Below the pieces are notes generated by a model. It was not told where the DNA came from. It worked only from the letters and a program-made list of their open reading frames with translations, and ran no database searches. A program made the translations under genes and the position numbers. Below, one piece after another: positions 1-11,623 of a stretch of DNA of 64,000 nucleotides (position 1 is its first letter; every line of letters starts with the position of its first letter). The stretch lies in the IMG/VR virus record IMGVR_UViG_3300028833_005986, positions 32,001 to 96,000 of that record. One strand, written 5' to 3'. Source of the DNA: a virus. Taxonomy: Duplodnaviria > Caudoviricetes.

Positions 1-48
1 ACTTATTTATATTAATTTAATACTTATTTATATTAATTTAATACTTAT
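1..48. repeat. 21-bp tandem direct repeat (ACTTATTTATATTAATTTAAT x2 plus partial)
   Basis: Identical units at 1-21 and 22-42, partial at 43-48; may continue beyond the window edge. Confidence 0.8.
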
Positions 49-84
49 ATGAAATATTCATATTAAATTGCTATAAATAGTAAA

Positions 85-326
85 TAAACTCCCATGCTAA
101 AGTTATCTCATGTTTTAATTTTACCTACATAGTAGGTAAAATATGACTATAACACTGTTACTTTATATATTAAGAGATACTCAAGTAGGAATATATAAAG
201 TAACTGTTTAATTATAATCCGTAGAGTTTTAAACTGGAAGAACACTTAAAAGTACCTATAATATAATGAGATAACGTAGTCTACTCTGTAGACTTAAGCT
301 GATAGGTTAATTGAGTATTAACCTAT
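85..326 (-). ncRNA. HEARO / IscB-type omegaRNA scaffold (cognate iscB would lie off the left edge)
   Basis: Minus strand reads hairpin ATAGGTTAAT-actca-ATTAACCTAT, then CAGCTTAAGTC..GACTACGTTATCTCA..ATAGGTACTTTTAAGTG..CCAGTTTAAAACTCTACG..TAAACAGTT..AACAGTGTT..AAAACATGAGATAACTTTAGC. This is the order of conserved blocks in HEARO/omegaRNAs; GTTATCTCA pairs with TGAGATAAC. Confidence 0.85.
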
Positions 327-350
327 AATTCCTCATACATATTTTTCTCC

Positions 351-626
351 TTATAAAATATTTAATAAATACTTAGATTCATATACAATTTTTAATATTT
401 TATATACATATTCTGCACGAATATGTTCTACTTTAATTATTAATTCAATATTATTATCTTCATGTATACATTTTAATGCTGTAAATAAAGAATTTTTTTT
501 AACATAAATTTTAAGTAATTTATTTATTCTATCAGTTAAATCATACATATCTATATATTTACATTTACTTTTCATTATTTCTATTTCATTTAAGAATATT
601 GTCATATCTTTTATATCTTTATCCAT
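351..626 (-). CDS. hypothetical protein; member of the small paralogue family with C-terminal SKYLL.. motif
   Basis: ORF with GAGGA RBS; ends YESKYLLNIL. Confidence 0.7.
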   Translation of the reverse strand: MDKDIKDMTIFLNEIEIMKSKCKYIDMYDLTDRINKLLKIYVKKNSLFTALKCIHEDNNIELIIKVEHIRAEYVYKILKIVYESKYLLNIL

Positions 627-641
627 AATTTTAATATTCCT

Positions 642-1466
642 CTATACTTTTTTAATTGCTTCGCGAATTGATATTATATAATCATCAAAATATATTTGTC
701 CTTTATCAAAATTTATTTTTATATAATTAATATTATTATAAAATTTATGTTTAGCGAATATAAATAATTTCCTTAATACAAAATTATTACTAATATTATC
801 ATCTTTTGATATTAATACTAATAATTTCCAACCATTAGATAATAAAAAATTTTTTCTATTATTTTCATGAATTATAAATTCTTCTTCTGTCATACGATTT
901 TTTTGCACATTTAAATCATGACCACTTCCATTATATTCTATCGCAATTTTTTCATCAATTAATGCTATATCTATTGCTAAACTATCATATACATAATTTA
1001 AAATTCCTCCAAATAATTTATGTAATCGCTTCTGCTGTTTACTAGCAGGAATATAATTATGTTTTTTAGAAGTGACTTGTATTTTTTCATAAATTCCTGG
1101 TATATCACTAATTTTATCTACACCATATTTTTGTTTTATAATGTCAACAATTTTTTGTTTTACTTGCTTAGCTTGAAATACATGCTTCACACCATATTTT
1201 TTTAAATTAGTTAATTCTTTGCGTTTTTGAATACATTCTTTATCATTACAATTACATATATCAATACATCTACAATAAGATTTTTTTAAAATCTTATTAC
1301 AAAAATCACATTGAATAATAACTTCATGAGTTGATTCTGAAGATAAATCTTTAACTAATACTTTAAATGAATCATGAAATTCAGTAAAAGTATAACCTTT
1401 ATCTTCATAATATTCTTTATTTTTTAATGTCCATTGAATTCTAGTTACTTGTTGTAATATAGGCAT
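642..1466 (-). CDS. putative free-standing homing endonuclease (Zn ribbon, KYGV repeats, C-terminal Vsr/DUF559-like PD-(D/E)XK domain)
   Basis: CDFC Zn ribbon, two KYGV repeats, DIALIDEKIAIEYNGSGH and GWKLLVL motifs. Confidence 0.7.
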   Translation of the reverse strand: MPILQQVTRIQWTLKNKEYYEDKGYTFTEFHDSFKVLVKDLSSESTHEVIIQCDFCNKILKKSYCRCIDICNCNDKECIQKRKELTNLKKYGVKHVFQAKQVKQKIVDIIKQKYGVDKISDIPGIYEKIQVTSKKHNYIPASKQQKRLHKLFGGILNYVYDSLAIDIALIDEKIAIEYNGSGHDLNVQKNRMTEEEFIIHENNRKNFLLSNGWKLLVLISKDDNISNNFVLRKLFIFAKHKFYNNINYIKINFDKGQIYFDDYIISIREAIKKV

Positions 1467-1551
1467 TTTTTCTCCTTTCTATAATTAATTTATAATATTA
1501 ATTATTTTTATTTTAAAAAATAGATTAAAAAAACCTATCATTATAAAATAA

Positions 1552-1580
1552 AAAAGACTAATTAATATAATTAGTCTTTT
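1552..1580. terminator. intrinsic terminator hairpin
   Basis: AAAAGACTAATTA-ata-TAATTAGTCTTTT inverted repeat right after a minus-strand stop. Confidence 0.7.
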
Positions 1581-1722
1581 ATGCAAGTCTAATAGCCAAA
1601 CGCTGTTTTTTGGTACGTAATTTAGAATTTAAATCAGCTAAAGCTTTAGCTTCAATTAATAAAGTTTCTTTATTAATTTCTTTCTTATTATTTTTATCAA
1701 TTTTCTTTTTATTTTGTTCCAT
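1579..1722 (-). CDS. small basic protein, 47 aa (MEQNKKKID...KKQRLAIRLA), missing from ORF track
   Basis: Translated by hand; AGGAG RBS upstream; ends at the terminator. Confidence 0.7.
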   Translation of the reverse strand: MEQNKKKIDKNNKKEINKETLLIEAKALADLNSKLRTKKQRLAIRLA

Positions 1723-1732
1723 TATTTTTCTC

Positions 1733-2161
1733 CTAACCTATTCGTTTCTTTTTTACTATACTCTTATTATCATGTTTAAAACATGATTGATATAAATAAT
1801 CCAAAATATTAATTGTTTCTGGCGAATCTATAATTATGTTTATTATTTCGTTAATTTGTTCTTTATTTAAATAATCATATAAATTTAATGAAATATTTAA
1901 ATTATTAGCATCATTTTGTATAGTTTGTATTTTATTTAATATAAATGATTTTATTTTATTTTTATCATTACTTTTTAATAACGAATATAATTGATAATCT
2001 TGACAAATATATTCATATGCTGAAATTTTACCAAAAATATTTTTATATTCTCCATATTTTTCTTCAAATTGAATATTATTTTCTGCATTATCTTCATCAA
2101 TTTTAAATATACGCATTAATTGTAAATTCTTATGTCTTTTTCTAGAAATAATAGTAATCAT
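1733..2161 (-). CDS. hypothetical protein
   Basis: ORF track; AAGGA RBS. Confidence 0.7.
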   Translation of the reverse strand: MITIISRKRHKNLQLMRIFKIDEDNAENNIQFEEKYGEYKNIFGKISAYEYICQDYQLYSLLKSNDKNKIKSFILNKIQTIQNDANNLNISLNLYDYLNKEQINEIINIIIDSPETINILDYLYQSCFKHDNKSIVKKKRIG

Positions 2162-2182
2162 TTATATTATCCTTTCTTGTAT

Positions 2183-5100
2183 TTATTGATCTTCTTCAAA
2201 CATTTTTTCGCTTACTAAATCATTATACAGTTTATTTTCAAGTTTTTTTCTAGCGTCTCCGTCCTCAACGGTATTTTGCTTTTCAATAACCCATTTAGGC
2301 GGATATTTATATATAGAAGTTTTTATTCCATTAGCATATTTAGTTTTAGCAGCTTGTCCCATAGATGCTTGCATAAAATTTATATATGTTTCCATTATAC
2401 CTTCTATAGTAATTCCTGTATCTCCGTTTCTTCGTTCTTTCCCGCGTTCATTAGCAGCCATATTATACCACTTAGATATAAATGATTTAGGAGTTCTAAT
2501 ATAAGCTAAACCATGACACAATTTAGCATCTGAACTTTTTAAATATCGTTTTACTTCTTCTTTTATGTCTGATAAATCTTGTAAAGCAGCTAATCCAATT
2601 GAAGATAATAAAGTATTAGCATCACTTACAGCATCTGCGATATACTGTAATTCTTCATCAATATTTATATTTTTAAATACTGTAAGTTTTCCCTTAAAGC
2701 CTTCTGCTTCTGCTTCTACTTGTTCCTTTTCCATTTCTGTATGAAGTTTATTAAAACGATTACTAATATTATATTTACCAGTTCCAAAAAATGCTACAGC
2801 AAATGGAGAAATCCTACCATATTGATCACAACAGCCTTCAATATAAGGCTCGACTCGAGCATGAATTGCTTTTATTTTTTGTAAACCTTCGTCAGTATTA
2901 ATATCAATATTATATAAAGTATTTATAAAATAAAATAATACTGATTGTCGTTTTTTATTATCTAATTCTAATATCGTATTACGTAATCTTTTTTGTATTC
3001 CTAATAAAATTTGTTCTTGTATTTTACCTAATTGATTTATTTTAATTAACCAATTTTTATTTAATTGGTGTAAATCTTTATCATAATAATCGTCTTCATA
3101 TTCTTTTTGAGTATCATATAATTGATTAAATATATTATTATATATCTGTTTTGCGGTACATTTTCCCCATACCGAATCTTTATATATAATATCAATAGAA
3201 TTCGCAATATTAAAACGCTTAAATGTTTTCCATAAATTTATATTTTCTCCGTATTTTATTAATAAGCATGTTTGAGTTTTTGTGCTATTATAAATTTTTA
3301 TATAGAATTGAGTATTTTCTTCTTCTCCAAAATTTTGCATTATTGAATTATTAGCTTCATTTTCATTGTTATCTGGATTTCTTGCTGCTATATTTTGATT
3401 TGATATCCATGTTTGAATTAAGCTATAAATATTATGCGGGTGATTACCGGATTTATTATTTTTTAATAATTTTCTGAATAAATATTAAAATTATATTTTT
3501 AATATTAAAATAAAATATTTTTAATATCTTTTAAAATAGATTTTAATATATTATACTTATATTTATGTATAAGCATAGATTATATCTTTATATAAAAATT
3601 ATATAAATAAAATTCAACAAAAATATTTACTATATATAATCGTTATATTATTTATTATAAATTTATAATGAATAATTATGAATTTTAATATAATTATTAT
3701 ATTTTCATAAATTATATTAATTATGCTACTTTATATATAAATAGCTTCATTAATATCATTAATTCTTTCGGTTGAGCATAATTCATTTATTTGATTTATG
3801 AAACTACCAATACTCGTACGATAGCTAGTTAATAAATTTGATATACGCTGTTTAGGATGCAGTTCTTCCCATGTTGCTATATTATCTTTAATAATTTGTG
3901 TACTAGATTTTAAACTGCATAAATCATCAATCATTTTTCGAAGATATTTTATAACTGTATGCCATCTTTCTGGAGAAAACTTTTTTTTAGCTTGTGCAGA
4001 ATTAGAATCGCGCTTTTTCATATATACGTCATTTAATTTTTGTAAAGTTTCTTCTAACGATGAAAATCCGCCATGTGATAATTCTAAAAAATCATCTAAT
4101 TTTTGATTATTAATTACATTTATAATTTCTCCAAAAGACTGATTCGTTACAGGTGTAATAAAATTATTTTTAGAATTTAAGGCCTTATATTTATTATTAA
4201 AGCATGTGTTACGGTATCTTTGTAATTTACTAGTATTATTTTTAATAGCATCAGTTAATTCTTTTAAAGTAGTAATATCATTTAATATAGGATTATTACT
4301 AAATGTTGAAGCTAAATTTAATGCTAATTGTCTAGCTCGTAAAAAGACATTATTATCGAATTCTTCTAATTTAGCATTTTCTTCAATAGTTAAATTCAAA
4401 TTTAATAAATTACGGCGTATATTAACTATACTACGTAATTGAGAAATAATAATATCAGCTTGTTTTGAAGTTAACTCCTTATCTTTTACGCGTTGATATA
4501 ATTTTTCAATTATATCATTACCAAAATATCTATGACATTCTTCTAAATTAAATTGCTCAATACCTTGTGGATCTAATAATATTTTACGATTATTAACCTT
4601 TTTAATAACATCTGGATCTGTTAATGCTGATTCGTCATATTTATCATAAATATTTGAATTTTTTAAAATTGTATCAAAAATAGCTCTTTTTAAATTATCA
4701 AATAATTGTTGATATTTATTTATATTAATAGATGCAAAGGAATTTAAACCTTCAACTATAGCTTTACGTAATTCGGTATACTGTTCAGATGCCAATGAAT
4801 TAACTTGTACTTGTTGATATTTTTTAAAAAAAATTTCAATTCGTCTTATTAAGGCAAAAAAACCATATACTTTGTTAAGCGTAGCTTCGCTATCTTGTGA
4901 ATCTTTTACGCCTTCTTTATAAATTTTATATATCTGATTAACAATACGTTCTTTATTAACATTAGTATATTCATTATGCGCACGATTTAACCAAGAAAAA
5001 GATGTAGCATAAATTGAATCTTTAATAATTGGTAGTAAATCAGCATAATATTTAGCTTGTTTTAAAAATTGCCTTATAAATCGAGCGAATCGCAATTGAA

Positions 5101-5488
5101 ATATTTCAGGCTTAAATTGCGCTATAGTATCATACCACACTGAAATTACGAACCCACTAACTGCAGAAATATATACATTTCTAAATGCTTTATATTTATC
5201 GTTATTTTTAATATCATTTATAAATTGAAGAACTTTAGAAAATATATTTTTATTATATTTGATTATATTAGCAACATTTAAATTTATATCTGAATTTTCT
5301 TTCGTTGCTTTTATGTAGCTATCAAATAATAATTTTTCTGTTCGCTGCCAATCAACTGGAAATGTATTATTATCAATACCTATATCTTTACTATCTGCTT
5401 TTAATTGTTCAACAATACTTTTTATTTTTTTTCTAATTTCTAAATCAGTATCTTTAATTTTTGAATCAGTTGCCATATTTTTATTCAC
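2183..5488 (-). CDS. large helical hypothetical (possibly virion) protein, spliced from exons 5488-3741 and 3473-2183 (~1012 aa)
   Basis: The frame of 2183..3340 stays open upstream to 3473; the junction GAA GCT AT|A AAA TTA restores one frame (EAIKLLKNNK). Confidence 0.8.
3474..3740 (-). ncRNA. group I-like intron, 267 nt, ORF-less
   Basis: P1 GCTAT/GTAGC with U.G at the splice site; R ATAACGATTA, S AAGATATAATCT; ends ..TTCAG; in-frame joining. Confidence 0.85.
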
Positions 5489-5526
5489 TTCTCCTATATA
5501 AATTTATAAATTTTTTAAAATTATAA

Positions 5527-8500
5527 TTATGTCATTGCAGATTCAAAAATTTTATTTAATTCATAAGTAATATTCGCACGCGTCCATTGAATATTTAATT
5601 CTGGAATATCTTTATAATTATCTTCATTAACAGGATTATAATCTTTTTTTGCGCCGCCATATTTATTAATCATATTTTCTAATAAATCTATACAATATGC
5701 AACATTAAAATTTTTATATGATTTTTTATCAATACGTGCTTGTATCACTCTAACCATTTGATTTAAATATCTTTGCCAATTAGCTGGATTTTCTATAAGT
5801 GCACGAGTAACGCCGAGTTTATCATTATCTTTTACTTCTGCTAACATATCACCGAAAAAATTAACATGATCAATAAAAGCATTAACAATTTGATTTAATT
5901 TTACTGTACGATCTATTAAAGTAGTTTGATATAATTTATCTTTTTCTTTATCAAATTCTTTAAATAGATTTTCAAAGACATTTTCATATTTATTATGCAG
6001 TTGCTGAATTTGAGCTAATCTATAATCTTTATCTATTGTTTCATTTCGTATTGAAGCTATATCTATGCCCAGCATTTGTTTAATAAAACGTTTTTTATCT
6101 ATTTCGGAAATATTATTATCTATTGATAAATTATTAATATCAGTCATTATATTATTTTTTAAATTTTGAACACGATTATTAAATTCTTGCTTAGTTTTCA
6201 TTAATTGTTGTTTAATTGTATTTAATCGCTTATACCAATCTTCTCTCTGAGCATTATATTTATGATAATATTCAGCCCAAGTAATCATAATTGGATCAAT
6301 TTTTTTATGAAAATTTTTATATATATCATAATCATATTTTGCGACAATTTTCATATTTGTTGTAGGATTTGAATTCATTAAATTATTAATTCTATCAATA
6401 TTATTTACATTGCGATTATATAATTGTTCATTTATGAATTCATTAGAATTAGCTTTAACATATTTACCAATAATAGCTAACGTTATCTTATCAGCATTTA
6501 ATTGAGCATTATTTATTGAAATAGCTTTTATAAAATTATCAAATTTATTTTTCCATTGATCATCAATAATATCTTTTTTGGGATCTGCATCATCAATCAT
6601 TTTTATCCATTTTACATAATTTTTTAAATCATAAAGGAAATGATTTACATTTTCTTTTGTATCTTCTACATTTGCATATTTTTCGCGTAAATAAGTTACT
6701 ATAATAGGATCAATATATCCGTCTTTATTATAATATTGTTTTTTTACTAATTGTCTGGTAAAAGATAATATTCTACCATCAGCAAAATAAGAATCATTTT
6801 TATTTGATGAATTATCAGATTGGACTCGAACAAAATTCCCCCCCTCGGGAGCATACTCGTATCGTTTAGTAGTTGCATTATATATATAATTTCCTTTTCC
6901 AGATTCTACTTGCTTAAATATATAGTTATTACTGCTTCCAAAACTTTGTTCTAATTGATGCCTAAAATTATTATTATTTTCTAATACTGTTACACGTTTA
7001 TACATATCTTTAGATACTTTATGAAAATTTCCATTAGATATTTTTTGATATTCACCTGAGGGTAATTGCATATAATCGCCACGAGCATCTTGTTTATATT
7101 GATTTGTCGTAGAATCATAACTATATTTATATTTTGCTGGAATATAAATATAATCTCCTTTTGGATTTAATTTATATTTTTTAGTAGATTCATCATATTC
7201 ATATCTATCCATAGGCATTGGCATAGAAAACTGAGTATGAGCATTTAATGGTTTAATTTCACGCGTAAAATTACCATTTTCATCATAAATATAAGTTTTA
7301 GTTTCATCATCATAAGTATAATTTCCCTCACCAGGTTTAGTTGGTGTATATGTTACTACCTGAATATTATTATACTGATAATTTGTAGGATCAAAATCTT
7401 TATTAAATGCAGGATATCGACTATATTTATCATAAATATCATCTATAATTTCGCGATAAATACTAGGCATTGCATTAGATAAAATATTTAGAGCTTGCTG
7501 AAATGTGTGCAATTTATTATATTGATATGTTGGTGATTGATTTACTTTAATAGTATCTGATATATTAGCAACTTTACCACATTTATTCTGAATAAATTCA
7601 CAAGCATATGCATATGGGCAATATTGTTCATATAATCCATTATCAATTAATTTATGTAATAAAGCACGTGTATCAGTCTTTCGACGTTTTTCTCGATCAT
7701 TTTTTACTTGTACTATTTTTTTATTTAAATCGGATATTTTTTGCTCTAATACTTGTTTAACTGTATTATATTCTTCCATTGATTTACGTTCATCTTCAGG
7801 TATATTATCTATATTGTTTGTTGCTAATTGCTGCATATAAAAATCTATTTTTTTTAATTCTTTATCTGTTTCGTCTATTTTAATTTTAATTTTATCTATT
7901 ACTTTTGTAAATGCGTCAGCTTGTGTATTTTGATTATTAAACATATCTTCATCAAATATATTACTATTATCATTATATCGTGAAAGAGTATATCTAATTT
8001 GTCGATCAAACGGAGATCCTTGCTCTTGTAAAATTCTTAAATCTTTTTTCAACTGTTTGCGTTGTTTTATTAATTCATTAATTTTTTCTCGACTATTTAC
8101 CAAGCTTGTACGTGTTATTTGGTTACGTTCACTAATTAATAATCTAAATTTTCTAAGTTCATTTTCTAATATGCGTTTTTTTGCTTGTGTTTGTTCAGAT
8201 TGATCTCCACTATCATGTATTTGCTTTAATTGCTGTGTTAATACTTCTTCATAATCAGGAACTTTATTAGAAGTATCTTCGTCAGATGTATCTTCATCTT
8301 CATTATTTTGTCGATTTTTTAATTTGCTTAATTCTTTTACAAATTTATCAGCAAATTCTTTTGAATCTATATCATTTTCAATATCATTTTCATTTGAATT
8401 ATTAATATTAGTTGCATTAGGATTACTCATTTTATTAATTTGTGTTGTAATAATAGCTAATCTATTATTAATAGCAGTAAATTCGCGTTCCGCTTTTGCT

Positions 8501-9075
8501 ATAGCTTTTTGAAGATCTTTTAAAGCATCTTCTAATGCTTGCTTTTTATCCTCATATCTTTTATTAGTATTACGACGTACCTTATGCATTACAAAATCTA
8601 ATGCATCAATATCGTCAACAGAATAATTATCATTATCGACAATATCTGTATTTACTTGATTTGCTTGCACTTGTAAATCATTATATATGTGATTAAAAAA
8701 TTCGTATAATTCATTTTTAGTTTTTTCATGATTTAATCTACTTTTAGCTTTTAATGCTGAAATAAAATTATCATAAGTCATATAAGGAACTAATTTCATT
8801 AATTTTAATAATATTTCATTATCTTGACCGGGAAATACTGCAGTACCCATTTTAGGACTTTTACTAGAATCCCAATTTGCAGCTTTATCCTCGTTTGCTG
8901 CTGCTAAAATAGATTTTAATCTTGGATTTTGAAATGAATTAATGAGTAAAATTCGATTCAATATACTATTCAAATATTTTTCACCCTTTTTATAATTCAT
9001 TTTGTAATAATTTATTTTTTTATTAAAAAATAAAAATATATAATAAAAAAAGAATTCATATATTTTAAGATACAT
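5527..9075 (-). CDS. large coiled-coil protein with four Tyr-rich beta-hairpin-like repeats; likely start TTG at 8973
   Basis: ORF track; AAGGGTGA RBS precedes TTG 8973; repeats Y.Y(D/N)..T..Y.....G.(Y/F). Confidence 0.75.
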   Translation of the reverse strand: MYLKIYEFFFYYIFLFFNKKINYYKMNYKKGEKYLNSILNRILLINSFQNPRLKSILAAANEDKAANWDSSKSPKMGTAVFPGQDNEILLKLMKLVPYMTYDNFISALKAKSRLNHEKTKNELYEFFNHIYNDLQVQANQVNTDIVDNDNYSVDDIDALDFVMHKVRRNTNKRYEDKKQALEDALKDLQKAIAKAEREFTAINNRLAIITTQINKMSNPNATNINNSNENDIENDIDSKEFADKFVKELSKLKNRQNNEDEDTSDEDTSNKVPDYEEVLTQQLKQIHDSGDQSEQTQAKKRILENELRKFRLLISERNQITRTSLVNSREKINELIKQRKQLKKDLRILQEQGSPFDRQIRYTLSRYNDNSNIFDEDMFNNQNTQADAFTKVIDKIKIKIDETDKELKKIDFYMQQLATNNIDNIPEDERKSMEEYNTVKQVLEQKISDLNKKIVQVKNDREKRRKTDTRALLHKLIDNGLYEQYCPYAYACEFIQNKCGKVANISDTIKVNQSPTYQYNKLHTFQQALNILSNAMPSIYREIIDDIYDKYSRYPAFNKDFDPTNYQYNNIQVVTYTPTKPGEGNYTYDDETKTYIYDENGNFTREIKPLNAHTQFSMPMPMDRYEYDESTKKYKLNPKGDYIYIPAKYKYSYDSTTNQYKQDARGDYMQLPSGEYQKISNGNFHKVSKDMYKRVTVLENNNNFRHQLEQSFGSSNNYIFKQVESGKGNYIYNATTKRYEYAPEGGNFVRVQSDNSSNKNDSYFADGRILSFTRQLVKKQYYNKDGYIDPIIVTYLREKYANVEDTKENVNHFLYDLKNYVKWIKMIDDADPKKDIIDDQWKNKFDNFIKAISINNAQLNADKITLAIIGKYVKANSNEFINEQLYNRNVNNIDRINNLMNSNPTTNMKIVAKYDYDIYKNFHKKIDPIMITWAEYYHKYNAQREDWYKRLNTIKQQLMKTKQEFNNRVQNLKNNIMTDINNLSIDNNISEIDKKRFIKQMLGIDIASIRNETIDKDYRLAQIQQLHNKYENVFENLFKEFDKEKDKLYQTTLIDRTVKLNQIVNAFIDHVNFFGDMLAEVKDNDKLGVTRALIENPANWQRYLNQMVRVIQARIDKKSYKNFNVAYCIDLLENMINKYGGAKKDYNPVNEDNYKDIPELNIQWTRANITYELNKIFESAMT

Positions 9076-9128
9076 GAATTCTTCATAATTATATATTAAC
9101 CTCTATTTAATAGAAGACTTTTTAAAAT

Positions 9129-9419
9129 TTACACTTCAGCAGTTTTATTATTAAGGTCTGCCTTAAATGCATTACTTAATTTTAATTTAATTGTCTTTTT
9201 AGGCTCAATCCATAAAGTTTCGCCCGTAATAGGAGAACGTCCATTTCGTCCAGCTCGCATAACTGGTGTAAATGTACAAAAACGACTAATAGAAAATGTT
9301 TCATCATTTAATAATGTCTTTTTAAGATTATCAAATACTGCATTTACAGCTGCAGCGGCATCATGTTGAGTTAAATCTGCATCACGAGCTACATTTTTAA
9401 TGAATTCTGCTTTTGTCAT
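9129..9419 (-). CDS. hup: HU family DNA-binding protein
   Basis: MTKAEFIKNVA...RAGRNGRSPITGE.L.I.PKK signature. Confidence 0.92.
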   Translation of the reverse strand: MTKAEFIKNVARDADLTQHDAAAAVNAVFDNLKKTLLNDETFSISRFCTFTPVMRAGRNGRSPITGETLWIEPKKTIKLKLSNAFKADLNNKTAEV

Positions 9420-9576
9420 AATTGGTATATATCATCATTAATAACAATGATAATATACTACACTTCCTTTCATAATATAATTATTTTTATTTTAATAATA
9501 TAACTTAATAAATAATTTTATCACTGCACAGTTAATAAATTATTTTCTTTATTAATAATATAATAATTTTATAAAT

Positions 9577-11598
9577 TTATTTTAATAGATTATTAAAATC
9601 TTGCTCCGTAATGATCTGAGCTTGATATTTTTTAGCTTTATCTATTTTAGGTTGTTTAGCACCATTACCAATAATTAAATAATTCAATCCTTGCTTAATA
9701 GATGAATTAATACCGCCATTTTCTTCAATTAATTCTTGAATTTTTTTGCGAGAAATAGATAATGCTCCAGTAAAAGCAAATGTTTTATTCATTAATTTGC
9801 CTATATGATTATTATCATTATCATTACCTAAATTCAATGCAATTAATTGATCTAATAAATTATTATTTTGATTAATCCAATTAATAATATTATTAGCTAC
9901 TGTAGATCCAATATTATTAATCAATATTAATTCTTGATATTTAGCATTTTTAAAATTACTTAATGACTTATAAAATTTTGCTAAATCTTTACCTGCAATT
10001 TCACCAATATTAGCAATTCCTAAGCCTGCAATAATTTTTGCTAAAGATGTTTTTTTTGATTTTTCAATATGATCAATTACTTTATTAGCTGATACTAAAC
10101 CCTGTTTATCTAATACTGATATATCACTAACTTTTAAATAATATATATCTGCAATATTATTTAAAACATTTCTATTAACTAATGCAGTAATTAATTTTTC
10201 GCCAAAATCTTTAATATCTAATTTAGTAACAAAATCTACAATTTTACCTATAATACGACCTTTACAATTGCTATTATTGCAGCGAATATAAACTTCTTCA
10301 AATTTTAATTTACTACCACATACTGGACAAGTTTTAGGAATTACTATATCTTGTTCATTACCTGTACGTAAATCAGTTAATACATTAATAATTTTTGGTA
10401 TTACATCACCGCGACGAGTTACTGTTATATGATCACCAATTTTAATATTTAATCTATTAATTTCTTCAATATTATGTAAAGTCACGTTACTAATATCTGC
10501 GCCTAAAATATTTACTGTTTCAATAATAGCTACAGGTGTTAACGTACCTTTAGAACCTAAATCCCATCTAACATTCTTTAAAATTGATACTTTTTCTTCT
10601 TGTGGAAACTTATAAGCTATAGCCCAATTAGGAACAGTTTGCTTATTACCTAATTTTTTTTGTTCTGCATAATAATATACTTTTATTACTAATCCATCAA
10701 TTTCAAAATCTAAACTATCACGCATATCATTAATATCTGTTAATTTCTTTTTTAACTTAGCCATTAATGTATTAAAATTTTTTCCATAAAAATCAATAAT
10801 AAAATTAGTAACAAAATCATTAGTTATTTTAAATCCCAATTCTTTTAAAAATTGCATAGAAGCTTTATGGTTTAAACATTCATTATCTAATGACATATAT
10901 GCTGCAAATTGTAAATATTTAGATTTTTCAGCATTGGGATTTTTATCATTTAATAATCCACTCGCTGCATTTCTTACATTCTTTTTTATTAATTCTTTAG
11001 GAGAATATTTCTTTATATATTCATTAATTTTTTCTAATCCAGATTTAGTTAAAAAAATTTCTCCACGTACTTCTAAATCTTTTTTATAATCTATTATTTT
11101 CGGGATAGAATCTATTTGCCAGCATATTTTAGTTACATCTTTACCTACTAAACCATTTCCACGAGTAGCAGCTTGTATAAATCTTCCTTGTGAATAATGT
11201 AATACACAAGCTAATCCGTCATGTTTAGATTCAACAAAGAATGTATTAATTCCGAAATTATTTAAATTCTTTAACCATTTTTGTAATTCATCAAAATTCA
11301 TAGCTTTAGCTAAAGATAAACACGGTATTTTATGAGTTATTTCTTTATCAGTTGTATTAATAGATCCCATAATTCGTTTTGTAGGTGAATCTTCACGTAT
11401 CCAGTCTTTATGGTTTTGTTCTATAAATTGAGCTTCATAATATAATGAATCAAATTCAGCATCTGTTAAATCTATTAATTCGGAATTGTAATATTGATTT
11501 TCATATTTTATTAACTGATCTATTAATAAATTATATTTTTCACGCGCAGTTAACTCTGACTGAATCTCTACATCTTTTGCTTCTGCTGGTAACGTCAT
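9577..11598 (-). CDS. ligA: NAD-dependent DNA ligase
   Basis: KHDG adenylation motif, TRGNG, EVRGE, DGLVIK, AYKF, C4 Zn finger, HhH motifs, C-terminal BRCT. Confidence 0.97.
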   Translation of the reverse strand: MTLPAEAKDVEIQSELTAREKYNLLIDQLIKYENQYYNSELIDLTDAEFDSLYYEAQFIEQNHKDWIREDSPTKRIMGSINTTDKEITHKIPCLSLAKAMNFDELQKWLKNLNNFGINTFFVESKHDGLACVLHYSQGRFIQAATRGNGLVGKDVTKICWQIDSIPKIIDYKKDLEVRGEIFLTKSGLEKINEYIKKYSPKELIKKNVRNAASGLLNDKNPNAEKSKYLQFAAYMSLDNECLNHKASMQFLKELGFKITNDFVTNFIIDFYGKNFNTLMAKLKKKLTDINDMRDSLDFEIDGLVIKVYYYAEQKKLGNKQTVPNWAIAYKFPQEEKVSILKNVRWDLGSKGTLTPVAIIETVNILGADISNVTLHNIEEINRLNIKIGDHITVTRRGDVIPKIINVLTDLRTGNEQDIVIPKTCPVCGSKLKFEEVYIRCNNSNCKGRIIGKIVDFVTKLDIKDFGEKLITALVNRNVLNNIADIYYLKVSDISVLDKQGLVSANKVIDHIEKSKKTSLAKIIAGLGIANIGEIAGKDLAKFYKSLSNFKNAKYQELILINNIGSTVANNIINWINQNNNLLDQLIALNLGNDNDNNHIGKLMNKTFAFTGALSISRKKIQELIEENGGINSSIKQGLNYLIIGNGAKQPKIDKAKKYQAQIITEQDFNNLLK

Positions 11599-11623
11599 TG
11601 TAAAATCCTTTCATTAACAATAA

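Noticed and set aside
1-48. CRISPR array
   Set aside because: Repeats are directly tandem with no spacers; no repeat-spacer array was seen in the window.
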